DNA from: an uncultured Granulicatella sp.
GTDB lineage: Bacteria; Bacillota; Bacilli; Lactobacillales; Aerococcaceae
DNA: 32,666 nucleotides
Reading direction: 5' to 3'
NCBI GenBank assembly: GCA_900551535.1
Contig: URWJ01000001.1
Location: 1-32,666 of the forward strand
Shown: positions 9,532-19,359 of the stretch, piece by piece
Layout: each line of letters begins with the position of its first letter
Numbering within the stretch: position 1 is the stretch's first letter
Notes under the pieces: generated by a model
The model's database searches: none
Told to the model about the DNA's origin: nothing
Seen by the model: the letters and a program-made list of their open reading frames with translations, nothing else
Made by a program: the position numbers and the translations under genes

Positions 9532-11253
9532 ATGGGATTTGTAATCTTTCTATTGCTAATTGTGGTACTGGGTGCCGCAGGTTATGCAACAGCAATATTC
9601 ATGACAAAGAAACAAACTAAAGTAATTGAAGAATTATCAGAGAAAAAGGATAAGTTAATGGCAGTGCCGATTGCGGACACGTTCTATACTTTGAAAAACT
9701 TGAACTTAACAGGGCAAACAAAGAGAACGTACGAAACATGGCAAGCTACATGGCAAACAATCACACGATTCCGATTCCCTGAAATCGAAGCTGCATTAGT
9801 AAGTGCAGAACAATATATCCAAAAATTAAACTTCATCAAAGGAAATCAAGTGACACAACAAGCTGAAAACTTGATTGAAGAAACAAAAGCTGAAGTTGAT
9901 AAAATTTACTCAGCATTACAAAAATTATTGGATAGTGAAAAACAAAACCGCGCAGAGCTAGACTTATTACAAGAACGCTATGCTTCAATGCGCAAAGACT
10001 TATTAGCACATAGTTTCTCATTCGGCGAAGCGCTAGAAACGTTAGAAAAACGTTTAGCTTATTTAGAATTAGACTTCGCGAAATTTAATACATTAACAAA
10101 CGAAGGCGACCACTTAGAAGCCAAAGAAGTACTTGGACGTATCGAAAACGAAATGAAAGAATTTGAGTCAATCGTTGAACAAGTTCCTCAATTCTTAAAA
10201 GAAATCGAAACAGAGTACAATGAACAAGTAGAAGACTTGAAACAAGGATATGCTCGTATGATCGAAGAGCATTATCAATTCTCTAAAATCTCAATTCCTG
10301 AAGAAATTGAAAAGATTGAAAAGACAATTGAAGTGGCACGTGGACATATCGCTGCTACAGAATTAGAAGAAGCTCGTCAACAATTAGATAAAGTGGCTCG
10401 TGAAATCGACCAACTTTACGATGTGATGGAAGCTGAAATTGAGGCACGTGAATTTGTATACCGTAACAAAGCTCAAGTTGAAAAACGCTTGAACCAAGTA
10501 TTACAAAGCAACCGTTATGTGAATATCGAAGTTGACCGTGTTTCTCAAAACTATATCTTGTCAAATAACGAATTCGTTCGTGTACAAGAGTTTGCTGAGC
10601 AATTAGAAAAAGAACAAGAAGCCGTTCAATACTACAGCAAGGCGATGGAAAACCATCAAGTGCCTTATTCAGTAGTGAAAGAACATTACGAACTCGTTCT
10701 TGAAAAATTAAACAGCATTGATGAAGATCAAACTGATTTAGTCAACACATTATCTGATTTACGTAGCCAAGAAAAAGCGATTCGCGACGGATTAGATGTC
10801 TTCGAATTAGACTTACGTAATATGAAACGTACGATTGAGAAATACCACTTACCAGGTCTTCCAAAAGAGTACTTAGAATTGTTCTTTGCAACAAGTAACC
10901 GTATTGAGCAATTATGGCAAAAGATGAACCGTGTGAAATTAGATATGACTGAAATTAACGCGGCGAACAACGTGATCGAAGAAGATGTTGAAAAATTAGA
11001 TATCTTCACAGAACAAATTGTTGATAATGCACAATTAACAGAGTACATGATTCAACACGCGAACCGTTACCGTTTATCACATCCTGAAATCGAAACAGCG
11101 ATTGGTCGTGCGCTTGACCTATTCAACCACACATTCAAATACGATGAATCATTACAAATTATTGAGTCAGCGTTAGAACAAGTGGAACCAGGTGCAGGTA
11201 ACCGTGTCCGTCAAAACTATCAATCAGAAAAGAATAATAGCTTATTCTTCTAA
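9532..11253 (+). CDS. ezrA: Septation ring formation regulator EzrA
   Basis: Single N-terminal TM helix; LNLTGQT motif; long coiled coil; IQHANRYR (QNR patch); 573 aa; GGAGG SD. Confidence 0.95.
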   Translation: MGFVIFLLLIVVLGAAGYATAIFMTKKQTKVIEELSEKKDKLMAVPIADTFYTLKNLNLTGQTKRTYETWQATWQTITRFRFPEIEAALVSAEQYIQKLNFIKGNQVTQQAENLIEETKAEVDKIYSALQKLLDSEKQNRAELDLLQERYASMRKDLLAHSFSFGEALETLEKRLAYLELDFAKFNTLTNEGDHLEAKEVLGRIENEMKEFESIVEQVPQFLKEIETEYNEQVEDLKQGYARMIEEHYQFSKISIPEEIEKIEKTIEVARGHIAATELEEARQQLDKVAREIDQLYDVMEAEIEAREFVYRNKAQVEKRLNQVLQSNRYVNIEVDRVSQNYILSNNEFVRVQEFAEQLEKEQEAVQYYSKAMENHQVPYSVVKEHYELVLEKLNSIDEDQTDLVNTLSDLRSQEKAIRDGLDVFELDLRNMKRTIEKYHLPGLPKEYLELFFATSNRIEQLWQKMNRVKLDMTEINAANNVIEEDVEKLDIFTEQIVDNAQLTEYMIQHANRYRLSHPEIETAIGRALDLFNHTFKYDESLQIIESALEQVEPGAGNRVRQNYQSEKNNSLFF

Positions 11254-11266
11254 TAGATAAATGATT

Positions 11267-11304
11267 AAGCCACGTGGGTGAAAACCCACGTGGCTTTTTG
11301 TTTT
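11267..11304 (+). terminator. Intrinsic terminator after ezrA
   Basis: AAGCCACGTGGGT-gaaa-ACCCACGTGGCTT followed by a T tract. Confidence 0.92.
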
Positions 11305-11406
11305 CCTTTGGATCATCGTATCATAATCAAGTTTTATGTGTGGAAAATCTATGTTTTTACTATTCTTCCAGAAGTATACTAAAGATACAAATGAAGGAGG
11401 GATTTT

Positions 11407-12099
11407 ATGGATTTTGTATTATGGGGAAGCGTATTTTTAGCGGGCTTATTCTCGTTTTTTTCTCCGTGCGTGCTACCGCTGTTTCCAGTCTATTTTGGTG
11501 TTTTAATGAGTGAACAGGACGGGCCTCACCTGAAGATTGGGAGATTAGAGATCTATTGGAAGCCAATGATTCGAACGGTCATCTTTATTGCAGGCATTTC
11601 AACAGTCTTTTTCTTCTTAGGATTTGCGGCAACTGCATTAGGAAGTCTGATTTACAATCCTTGGTTTAATATCACACTGGGAGTCGTGATTGTGCTATTG
11701 GGATTGCACCAAATGGAACTGTTCCATTTACTATTTTTACAAAAACAAAAAACAGTTCAGTTTGAAATCAAAGATAAAAAATCGCTATGGAGTAGTTACT
11801 TATTAGGACTCAGCTTCAGCTTCGGATGGACACCTTGTGTGGGACCAGTACTAAGTGCGGTCCTAACGCTTATCTCCACGCAACAAGCCAGTAGCACTTA
11901 TGGTATTTTCTTACTTTGCTTATATATATTAGGCTTGGCTATTCCGTTTTTAATCTTATCTGCTGCTTCAACCGTAGCGTTTAAATGGTTTAACCTTGCT
12001 AAGAAACGATTATTATTACTTAAAAAAATCGGAGGACTCGTGATTGTTTTGATGGGAGCATCGATTATCTTTTCTCAACTGTCACAAGTTTTCCATTAA
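11407..12099 (+). CDS. ccdA: CcdA-family thiol-disulfide membrane electron transporter
   Basis: SFFSPCVLP and GWTPCVGPVL redox Cys motifs; hydrophobic throughout; AAGGAGG SD. Confidence 0.95.
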   Translation: MDFVLWGSVFLAGLFSFFSPCVLPLFPVYFGVLMSEQDGPHLKIGRLEIYWKPMIRTVIFIAGISTVFFFLGFAATALGSLIYNPWFNITLGVVIVLLGLHQMELFHLLFLQKQKTVQFEIKDKKSLWSSYLLGLSFSFGWTPCVGPVLSAVLTLISTQQASSTYGIFLLCLYILGLAIPFLILSAASTVAFKWFNLAKKRLLLLKKIGGLVIVLMGASIIFSQLSQVFH

Positions 12100-12117
12100 A
12101 AATTAGGAGGAATGAAG

Positions 12118-12759
12118 ATGAAAACAAAATTGATGATTGCATTATTTAGTACAGTGCTTTTAGGCGCTTGTCAAAATTCACAAATGGGCATGGATACTAA
12201 AGACATGAAAGAAACCACTGAAATGATGAGCTCGATGAGTGGTGAAAAAATGGATAAAATGGATAACATGAGTTCAAAAGATGAGAAGATGGATAACATG
12301 AGTTCAAAAGATGAGAAGATGGACAAAAAGATGGGAGAAATGGACGATATGACACAGGCTACCTTTACAACATTAGATGGGAAAGAAGTTTCACTAGCAG
12401 ATTATAAAGGGAAAAAAGTTTATTTGAAGTTTTGGGCTTCATGGTGCCCAATTTGTCTATCTGGACTAGCGGACATCACACAACTTTCTGAAATGCCACC
12501 AAAAGATTCAGTGATCCTAACTGTCATTGCACCTGGTGTGAACCGCGAGAAATCTTTAGAGGACTTCAAAAAATGGTTTGAGGGGGTAGACTACCATTCA
12601 TTACCAGTACTCGTGGATAAAGACGGTCAATTCTTGAAGAAACTTGGAGTCGTTGGATACCCAACCTCAGCGTTTATCGATGCTAATGGAAAAGTTGTCA
12701 GAGTTCAACCTGGTCACGTTTCTAATGACGATATCGTAAAAACGCTAGAAAGCCTATAA
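12118..12759 (+). CDS. tlpA: TlpA/Etrx-type thioredoxin-like lipoprotein with Met-rich N-terminal linker
   Basis: Lipobox LLGA-C; active site [13 protein letters not shown] cis-Pro motif. SD AGGAGG spacing favours ATG 12118 over 12112. Confidence 0.9.
   Translation: MKTKLMIALFSTVLLGACQNSQMGMDTKDMKETTEMMSSMSGEKMDKMDNMSSKDEKMDNMSSKDEKMDKKMGEMDDMTQATFTTLDGKEVSLADYKGKKVYLKFWASWCPICLSGLADITQLSEMPPKDSVILTVIAPGVNREKSLEDFKKWFEGVDYHSLPVLVDKDGQFLKKLGVVGYPTSAFIDANGKVVRVQPGHVSNDDIVKTLESL
12259..12323 (+). repeat. 30-bp in-frame tandem repeat, 2 perfect copies plus a partial ([10 protein letters not shown])
   Basis: ATGGATAACATGAGTTCAAAAGATGAGAAG at 12259-12288 and 12289-12318, then ATGGA. Confidence 0.95.
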
Positions 12760-12775
12760 GAAAGGAGAGTTTTCT

Positions 12776-13891
12776 ATGGATAAAAAATTAGTGGTGACAC
12801 TCTTTGCCGTAGTCATCATTCTTTTAGGAGTGCTTTATTTTGCCAAAGGAGGTACCCTTGCAAAGGATTCAAAAGCTGATGAAATCTCAAATAAGGTAAC
12901 CAAACTAATGGAAACAGATAGCACTACAAGTGAAATGAAAAAGGAAGGTGAACATATGAAGGAGATATATTTAGCAGGCGGATGTTTTTGGGGATTAGAA
13001 GAATACTTTTCCAGAATTAATGGTGTTATTGATGTTGTGAGTGGATACGCGAATGGAAAGGTTGAAACGACTAATTATAAGCTCATTCATGATACAGACC
13101 ATGCAGAAACGATTCATGTTACTTATGATGCTGATAAAATTTCCCTACGCGAGTTATTGTTGTATTACTTTAGAGTCATTGATCCATTTTCTGTGAATAA
13201 ACAAGGAAATGACACAGGAAGACAATATCGTACAGGTATTTATTATGTTGATGAGGCAGATAGCGCCATTATTCAACAAGTCATGAAGGAAAAAGAAGAA
13301 TCCTTTGGTAAGAAATTAGCCGTTGAGACGGAACCTTTGAAAAATTTTGTGGTAGCAGAAGATTATCATCAAGATTACTTGAAGAAGAATCCAAATGGAT
13401 ATTGCCACATTGACGTTAAAAAGGCGAGTGACCCTGTCATTGATGCCAGTCTTTATCCACTACCTGACGAAGAGACTCTAAAAGCGACACTTACGAAGGA
13501 ACAATACGCAGTTACTCGTGAAAATAAAACGGAAAGAGCATTTTCAAATGAATATTGGGATAATCATGAACAAGGAATTTATGTAGATGTAGTTACAGGA
13601 GAACCGCTCTTTTCTTCCAAAGATAAATTTGATTCTGGCTGCGGCTGGCCAAGTTTTTCAAAACCAATTTCTTCGGAAGTTGTGACCTATCATGAGGATA
13701 ATAGTTTCAATATGAAACGTGTTGAAGTTCGAAGTAGGGTAGCCGATTCACACCTTGGACATGTTTTTGAAGATGGTCCAAAAGAAAAAGGTGGACTTCG
13801 TTTTTGTATCAATAGTGCTTCCATCAAATTCATCCCACTCAATGAGATGGAAGCAAAGGGATATGGTTATTTAGTCGATTTCGTCAAATAA
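12776..13891 (+). CDS. msrAB: Membrane-anchored/exported bifunctional methionine sulfoxide reductase MsrAB (MsrAB2-like)
   Basis: N-terminal hydrophobic anchor; MsrA motifs [19 protein letters not shown]; MsrB motifs GCGWPSF, HLGHVF, RFCINS. Confidence 0.96.
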   Translation: MDKKLVVTLFAVVIILLGVLYFAKGGTLAKDSKADEISNKVTKLMETDSTTSEMKKEGEHMKEIYLAGGCFWGLEEYFSRINGVIDVVSGYANGKVETTNYKLIHDTDHAETIHVTYDADKISLRELLLYYFRVIDPFSVNKQGNDTGRQYRTGIYYVDEADSAIIQQVMKEKEESFGKKLAVETEPLKNFVVAEDYHQDYLKKNPNGYCHIDVKKASDPVIDASLYPLPDEETLKATLTKEQYAVTRENKTERAFSNEYWDNHEQGIYVDVVTGEPLFSSKDKFDSGCGWPSFSKPISSEVVTYHEDNSFNMKRVEVRSRVADSHLGHVFEDGPKEKGGLRFCINSASIKFIPLNEMEAKGYGYLVDFVK

Positions 13892-13897
13892 CCACTC

Positions 13898-13940
13898 AGT
13901 GCTTCTCTAAGTTATTCTCCTTTAGAGAAGCACTTTTTTT
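13898..13940 (+). terminator. Intrinsic terminator after msrAB
   Basis: AGTGCTTCTCTAAG...TTTAGAGAAGCACT followed by a T run. Confidence 0.88.
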
Positions 13941-13953
13941 GAGTAAAAATAAA

Positions 13954-13982
13954 TTTAAAACCGTTATGAATAGAAGTATAAT
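13954..13982 (+). promoter_or_regulatory. Putative promoter of the two-component operon
   Basis: TTTAAA-17 bp-TATAAT upstream of the AAAGGAGG SD. Confidence 0.6.
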
Positions 13983-14002
13983 AGAGAAAGGAGGGGAATA
14001 AG

Positions 14003-14749
14003 ATGTATTCAATCTTAATAGTTGAAGATGAACCAATTATTCGTAGAGGGATTGCTTCCTTAATTGATTTTGAAGCGCTGGGCATTTCAACGGTTCAGGA
14101 AGTAGAAAATGGGGAGCAAGCACTGGAAAAAATACGAGAAGAAGCGCCGGATATTTTACTGACAGATATTAATATGCCGAAAATGGATGGCATTACTCTT
14201 GCTCAGTTGGTGAGGTCAGAATATTCGCAAATGAGAATTATCTTCTTAACGGGGTATGATTATGTAGATTATTTATTATCTGCAGTGAAAATTGGAGTAG
14301 AAGATTATATTTTAAAGCCAGTAACGAAATCAGAAATCGAAGCTTTATTGGTGAAAGTTGTTGCCAAGCTCAACGAAGAAAAACGCCAACGAGAACTATT
14401 GGCATTAGCAAGTGAAGAGGACTCCTCTTCGGGAACTCAGCATTTCGAGAAGCTAATTTTAGAGCAATTATCTAATCCAAATTTAGCGCTAGGTGAACTT
14501 GCAAAGCAATTAGGATTCAGTACGAACTACCTTAGCCTTTTAATCAAAAAAGAACTTGGAATGTCCTTTCAAGAGTATGTGACTCAGCAACGGATTCAAA
14601 GAGCAAAGCGTCTCTTATTATCAACCGACATGAAGATTTATGAGGTGGCTTTAGCCGTTGGAATAGAAGATATGAACTATTTCTCTTATCGATTCAAGTC
14701 GATTGTCGGCGTTTCCCCTAAAAGTTTTAGAAGTGGGGCAAAAATATGA
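14003..14749 (+). CDS. YesN/AraC-family response regulator (pneumococcal RR09 / Fusobacterium ModR-like)
   Basis: Receiver domain (VEDE, TDINMPKMDG, LKP) plus C-terminal AraC double HTH (KIYEVA...YFSYRFKSIVGVSP). Confidence 0.93.
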   Translation: MYSILIVEDEPIIRRGIASLIDFEALGISTVQEVENGEQALEKIREEAPDILLTDINMPKMDGITLAQLVRSEYSQMRIIFLTGYDYVDYLLSAVKIGVEDYILKPVTKSEIEALLVKVVAKLNEEKRQRELLALASEEDSSSGTQHFEKLILEQLSNPNLALGELAKQLGFSTNYLSLLIKKELGMSFQEYVTQQRIQRAKRLLLSTDMKIYEVALAVGIEDMNYFSYRFKSIVGVSPKSFRSGAKI

Positions 14750-16440
14750 AAAAACAGTCCCTTGCAACAAGATTATTTGCCTATTTAAGTATCATGCTTT
14801 TTGCCATGGTAGTTTTAATTGGAAGCTTCTATTTTATAAAAAGTAGCGAGGTTTTTCATCGTGAAGTAGAAGACCATACCATTCATGAGATTGATACCAG
14901 CTCCAAATATATCGAACAGTACGTTTCGAATTTAAAATCTACTTCAAGATCTTTATCACAGTCGCAGGCGATTAAGGACTTTTCCAGTCAAACAACAGCT
15001 GAAAATGAAGCGGCAATCCATGAATGGCTTGAGACAATGTTGAAGAGTCATCCGGATTTCGTATCGATACGATTGGTGACAAAAGATGGAAGATTAATTA
15101 CGACCGGGATGGAAGAGGAAATGGTGACTTCAGCGGATATGATGGCCCAAAAATGGTATCAAGATGCTCTAGAACACTCGAATGTCCCAATCATTCAGTC
15201 TATCAAGAATCAAAATAATCAAATCGTGATTTCTATTAGTCAAGAAGTCAAAAGCAACGCAGGAGAAAATCTTGGCGTTATCCGCTTAGATGTGGATTAT
15301 CACGAACTAGAAAAATATGTGAAAGAACTTTCTCTAGGGGACAATGGGTATGCCTTTGTCATCCAAAAGGACGGTACACTTATTTATCATCCGGATTCGG
15401 AGGCTTTCGAGTCAGTTGATAAGCAAATGTCGGTACAAGAAATATCCAATAGTCCGATGGATTCAATGGTGTCTGATGATTTTTTTGTTCATAAAAGCCC
15501 TATTGAAAATAGCGATTGGATCTTAGTGGGTGTTAGCTCATTTAGTCGGTTTAAAGAAGACTCTGTAAAACTACTTGGGATTGTCAGTGTTGTTGGAGTG
15601 CTTAGCTTGCTCATTTGTATGTTAGGTATTTTTACATTGATACGTTATCAATTACTACCTGTTAAAAAACTAGGGCAAGTGATGAGACGAGTAGAAGAAG
15701 GCGACACGACTATTCGAGCAGAACAAAAAGGTGCTCAAGAGTTCCAAGTTCTAGCAGGTACCTTTAATCAGATGCTCGAGAGAATCGAGACTTTAATGAA
15801 GGAAGAAAAAGAGCAAGAAGCATTGACCCGCATCTATGAATTAAAGGCGTTAACGAGTCAAATTAATCCGCACTTCTTGTATAATACGCTGGATACCATT
15901 ATTTGGATGGCAGAGTTTCAAGACCATCAAAAGGTAGTAGACATTACGAAGGCGCTCTCTAATTACTTTAGACTTTCCTTGAATGCTGGAGAAGAAATAG
16001 TGACCTTACGCCAAGAAATCGAGCATGTCCGTCAATACTTGTTTATTCAAAAGGAACGATATGGAGATAAATTGGAATATACTATTTTCGAACCTGATGA
16101 TATTCCTGATATCAAGCTTCCAAAAATCGTTCTGCAGCCACTCGTAGAAAATGCAATCTATCATGGAATTAAAGAGTCAGAACGCCCTGGGAAAATTACG
16201 ATTACTGTGTCTAAAAGAGATACTTTTATAGATATTTGTATTGCGGATAATGGGGTAGGAATCAAAGAAAATACAACGAGTACAAAAGAACTTGGTGGAG
16301 TTGGTATTAAGAATATCAAAGAACGATTGACGCTCTTTTTTGGAGAAGCTTTTTCGATGGAAATTGAATCTGAGTCTAATGCATATACGAAAGTGTATTT
16401 ACACCTTCCATTAAAAGAAGAAGGACATGCGAATAGTTGA
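14746..16440 (+). CDS. YesM-family sensor histidine kinase (Cache-HAMP-His_kinase-HATPase)
   Basis: Two TM segments; SQINPHFLYNTL H-box; LQPLVENAIYHG; DNGVG; GVGIKN. ATGA overlap with the regulator gene. Confidence 0.93.
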   Translation: MKKQSLATRLFAYLSIMLFAMVVLIGSFYFIKSSEVFHREVEDHTIHEIDTSSKYIEQYVSNLKSTSRSLSQSQAIKDFSSQTTAENEAAIHEWLETMLKSHPDFVSIRLVTKDGRLITTGMEEEMVTSADMMAQKWYQDALEHSNVPIIQSIKNQNNQIVISISQEVKSNAGENLGVIRLDVDYHELEKYVKELSLGDNGYAFVIQKDGTLIYHPDSEAFESVDKQMSVQEISNSPMDSMVSDDFFVHKSPIENSDWILVGVSSFSRFKEDSVKLLGIVSVVGVLSLLICMLGIFTLIRYQLLPVKKLGQVMRRVEEGDTTIRAEQKGAQEFQVLAGTFNQMLERIETLMKEEKEQEALTRIYELKALTSQINPHFLYNTLDTIIWMAEFQDHQKVVDITKALSNYFRLSLNAGEEIVTLRQEIEHVRQYLFIQKERYGDKLEYTIFEPDDIPDIKLPKIVLQPLVENAIYHGIKESERPGKITITVSKRDTFIDICIADNGVGIKENTTSTKELGGVGIKNIKERLTLFFGEAFSMEIESESNAYTKVYLHLPLKEEGHANS

Positions 16441-16465
16441 CAAAACTAGGCGCTTTTCGTATACT
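16437..16465 (+). promoter_or_regulatory. Sigma-A promoter of the T-box/alaS transcript
   Basis: TTGACA-17 bp-TATACT; the -35 contains the TGA stop codon of the kinase gene. Confidence 0.85.
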
Positions 16466-16471
16466 TCTAAA

Positions 16472-16681
16472 GGTAAGCAATCGGATTGAGATTTTACATA
16501 TTAGAGAGGCTTGTCTGGTGAAAATAGCCATCAAAATCGTGCTCCCGATTGAAAACTTTGTAGAAATACAAACGCCCTTCCAGCGTTATCGGAATTAGAG
16601 ATGAATGAACAGCTGTTTCATTGTAAGCAAGGTGGTACCGCGGTAGGACGCCCTTGCAGCAATGGGGCAGTTTTTTTATTT
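16472..16681 (+). ncRNA. T-box riboswitch (Ala specifier) leader of alaS
   Basis: Stem I base CAATCGG/CCGATTG; AGAGA and GGTGAAA motifs; specifier GCT (Ala) at 16541-16543; T-box AAGGTGGTACCGCG at 16629-16642 pairs with CGCCCTT (antiterminator); terminator GCCCTTGC...GCAATGGGGC plus T7. Confidence 0.93.
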
Positions 16682-16702
16682 ACAAAAAGAAGGAGAATGA
16701 AG

Positions 16703-19345
16703 ATGAAAAAATTATCAAGTAGCGAAATTCGTCAAATGTACCTTGATTTCTTCCAAGAAAAAGGACATAAGGTTCAACCAAGTGCAAGCTTAATTCCTGT
16801 AAACGATCCAACATTACTATGGATTAACTCAGGGGTTGCGACTCTTAAAAAATATTTCGATGGAACGGAAACACCTGAGGTTCCACGTATTACAAATGCT
16901 CAAAAGAGTATTCGTACAAACGATATCGAAAACGTAGGGCACACAGCTCGTCACCATACATTATTCGAAATGATGGGGAACTTCTCAATCGGGGACTACT
17001 TCAAAGAAGAAGTGATTCCATGGGCATGGGAATTTCTAACAAGCGAAAAATGGTTAGGTCTTGATCCAGATCGTCTATACGTAACTTACTATCCAAAAGA
17101 TCCAGAAACAAAATCATTATGGATGGATAAAGTTGGTCTTCCTGAAGATCATATCATTCCAGTAGAAGATAACTTCTGGGATATCGGTGCAGGCCCATGT
17201 GGTCCGGATACTGAGATTTTCTACGATCGTGGAGAAAAATATAATAACTTAGCAGAAGATGATCCAGAAAACTATCCTGGAGGAGAAAACGAACGTTACT
17301 TAGAAATTTGGAATTTAGTATTCTCTCAATTCAACCATATGCCAGATGGTTCATACCCACCATTACCACATAAGAACGTCGATACGGGGATGGGTCTTGA
17401 ACGTGTCGTTTCTGTTATCCAAGATACACCAACAAACTTCGAAACAGACTTATTTATGCCAATTATTAAGCAATTAGAAAGCTTAAGCGATGGTAAGAAA
17501 TACAATGAATCTAAAGAAACAGATGTATCCTTCAAAGTGATCGCTGACCACATTCGTGCAGTAAGTTTTGCGATTGGGGATGGAGCTCTTCCTTCAAACG
17601 AAGGTCGTGGATATATCATCCGTCGTTTAATCCGTCGTTCAGTAATGCACGGACAACGTTTAGGAATTCAAGGGTCATTCTTAACTAAATTAGTTCCAAC
17701 GGTTGCTCAAATTATGCACAGCTACTATCCAGAAGTAACTGAAAATATGGAATTCATTCAAAAAGTGATTGCCAACGAAGAGGATCGTTTCCAAGAAACA
17801 ATTCACGATGGTTTAGCAATCTTAGAAACTATTTTTGCGGACATGAAAGAAGCAAACGAAACAACACTTTCTGGCGAAAATGCGTTCAAACTATATGATA
17901 CTTATGGATTCCCATATGAATTAACATTAGAATACGCAAGCGACAATGGCTTCACAGTTGATGAAGAAGGATTCCAAGCAGAAATGCAAGCACAAAAAGA
18001 CCGTGCGCGTGCTGCTCGTAATACAGAAACATCAATGAACGTACAATCTGCAGTATTACGTGATATCACTGTAGAGAGTGAATTCGTTGGATATGCTTCA
18101 ACAACTGAAGAAGGCGTGTTAAAAGCGATTGTTGTGGATGATGAATTAGTTGAATCTGCACATAAAGATGCTCATGCACAATTAGTATTCGACCGTACAC
18201 CATTCTATGCTGAAATGGGTGGACAATTAGCAGACCACGGTACAATCCAAGATGCCAGCGGTACCGTTGTAGCGAATGTCTTACAAGTGAAGAAAGCTCC
18301 TAACGGACAACCATTACACACAGTTGAAGTGTTAGGCGACTTACAAGTAAACGCAACTTACACATTAGTTGTGGATGCAGCTGAACGTGCGAAAATCATC
18401 AAAAACCATACAGCAACTCACTTATTACACCAAGCATTAAAAGATGTTCTAGGAACTCATGCAAACCAAGCGGGTTCTCTTGTAACACCAACTGGATTAC
18501 GTTTCGACTTCAGTCACTTCGGACAAGTTACTGCTGAAGAATTAGCTGAAATGGAACGTATTGTAAACGAGAAAATCTGGGCTGGTTTAGAAGTGATTAC
18601 TGTTGAAACAACACTTGAAGATGCGAAGAGCCGTGGGGCAATGGCACTCTTTGGTGAAAAATACGGTAAATTAGTTCGTATGGTCAACATTGGTGACTGG
18701 TCAATCGAACTTTGTGGTGGTATCCATGTGGCGAACACTCAAGAAATCGGATTGTTCAAGATTGTTTCTGAATCTGGTATCGGTGCCGGCGTTCGTCGTA
18801 TCGAAGCTGTTACAAGTAAAGAAGCTTTTGACTTATTAAGCCATCACGAAAACTTATTAAAACAAGTAGCTGGTGAAGTGAAAGCCATCCAATTAGATAC
18901 AGTTGTAGAACGCGTTGCTACTTTAGGTCAAGAATTGAAAGAAGCAAACGGCGAAATTGCGAAACTAAAAGCTAAAATTATGAAAGCTGAAGTCGCAGAT
19001 GTCTTCAACAATGTAGAAGAAGTAAACGGAACTTCATTCATCACTGTAGCTCTTGAAAATAAAGAGATGGATGAATTACGTCAATTAGCAGATACATGGA
19101 GACAAAAAGGTGCGAGCGATATCTTTGTAGTAGGTACAGCCTCTTCGGATAAAGCGAACCTTTTAGTAGCCGTATCTAAAGACGCAAATGCAAAAGGATT
19201 AAAAGCAGGCGATATCATTAAGGCAATTGCTCCAGCTATCCAAGGTGGAGGCGGAGGCCGTCCTGATATGGCTCAAGCAGGTGGTAAGAACCCTGCAGGT
19301 ATTCCACAAGCATTCGAATTGCTTAAAGAATATTTAGCTAAATAA
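16703..19345 (+). CDS. alaS: Alanine--tRNA ligase
   Basis: RHHTLFEMMGNFS, DTGMGLER, HTATHLLH, ELCGG and GGGGRPDMAQAGG motifs. ATG 16703 is 7 nt after the AAGGAG SD. Confidence 0.99.
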   Translation: MKKLSSSEIRQMYLDFFQEKGHKVQPSASLIPVNDPTLLWINSGVATLKKYFDGTETPEVPRITNAQKSIRTNDIENVGHTARHHTLFEMMGNFSIGDYFKEEVIPWAWEFLTSEKWLGLDPDRLYVTYYPKDPETKSLWMDKVGLPEDHIIPVEDNFWDIGAGPCGPDTEIFYDRGEKYNNLAEDDPENYPGGENERYLEIWNLVFSQFNHMPDGSYPPLPHKNVDTGMGLERVVSVIQDTPTNFETDLFMPIIKQLESLSDGKKYNESKETDVSFKVIADHIRAVSFAIGDGALPSNEGRGYIIRRLIRRSVMHGQRLGIQGSFLTKLVPTVAQIMHSYYPEVTENMEFIQKVIANEEDRFQETIHDGLAILETIFADMKEANETTLSGENAFKLYDTYGFPYELTLEYASDNGFTVDEEGFQAEMQAQKDRARAARNTETSMNVQSAVLRDITVESEFVGYASTTEEGVLKAIVVDDELVESAHKDAHAQLVFDRTPFYAEMGGQLADHGTIQDASGTVVANVLQVKKAPNGQPLHTVEVLGDLQVNATYTLVVDAAERAKIIKNHTATHLLHQALKDVLGTHANQAGSLVTPTGLRFDFSHFGQVTAEELAEMERIVNEKIWAGLEVITVETTLEDAKSRGAMALFGEKYGKLVRMVNIGDWSIELCGGIHVANTQEIGLFKIVSESGIGAGVRRIEAVTSKEAFDLLSHHENLLKQVAGEVKAIQLDTVVERVATLGQELKEANGEIAKLKAKIMKAEVADVFNNVEEVNGTSFITVALENKEMDELRQLADTWRQKGASDIFVVGTASSDKANLLVAVSKDANAKGLKAGDIIKAIAPAIQGGGGGRPDMAQAGGKNPAGIPQAFELLKEYLAK

Positions 19346-19359
19346 TGTAATGCAAAATG

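Noticed and set aside
12259..12323. 30-bp repeat as a CRISPR array
   Set aside because: The copies are contiguous with no spacers, in frame within a gene, and there are no cas genes.
16601..16702. N-terminal extension of alaS in the ORF track
   Set aside because: It runs through the T-box antiterminator and terminator. The SD and homology place the start at 16703.
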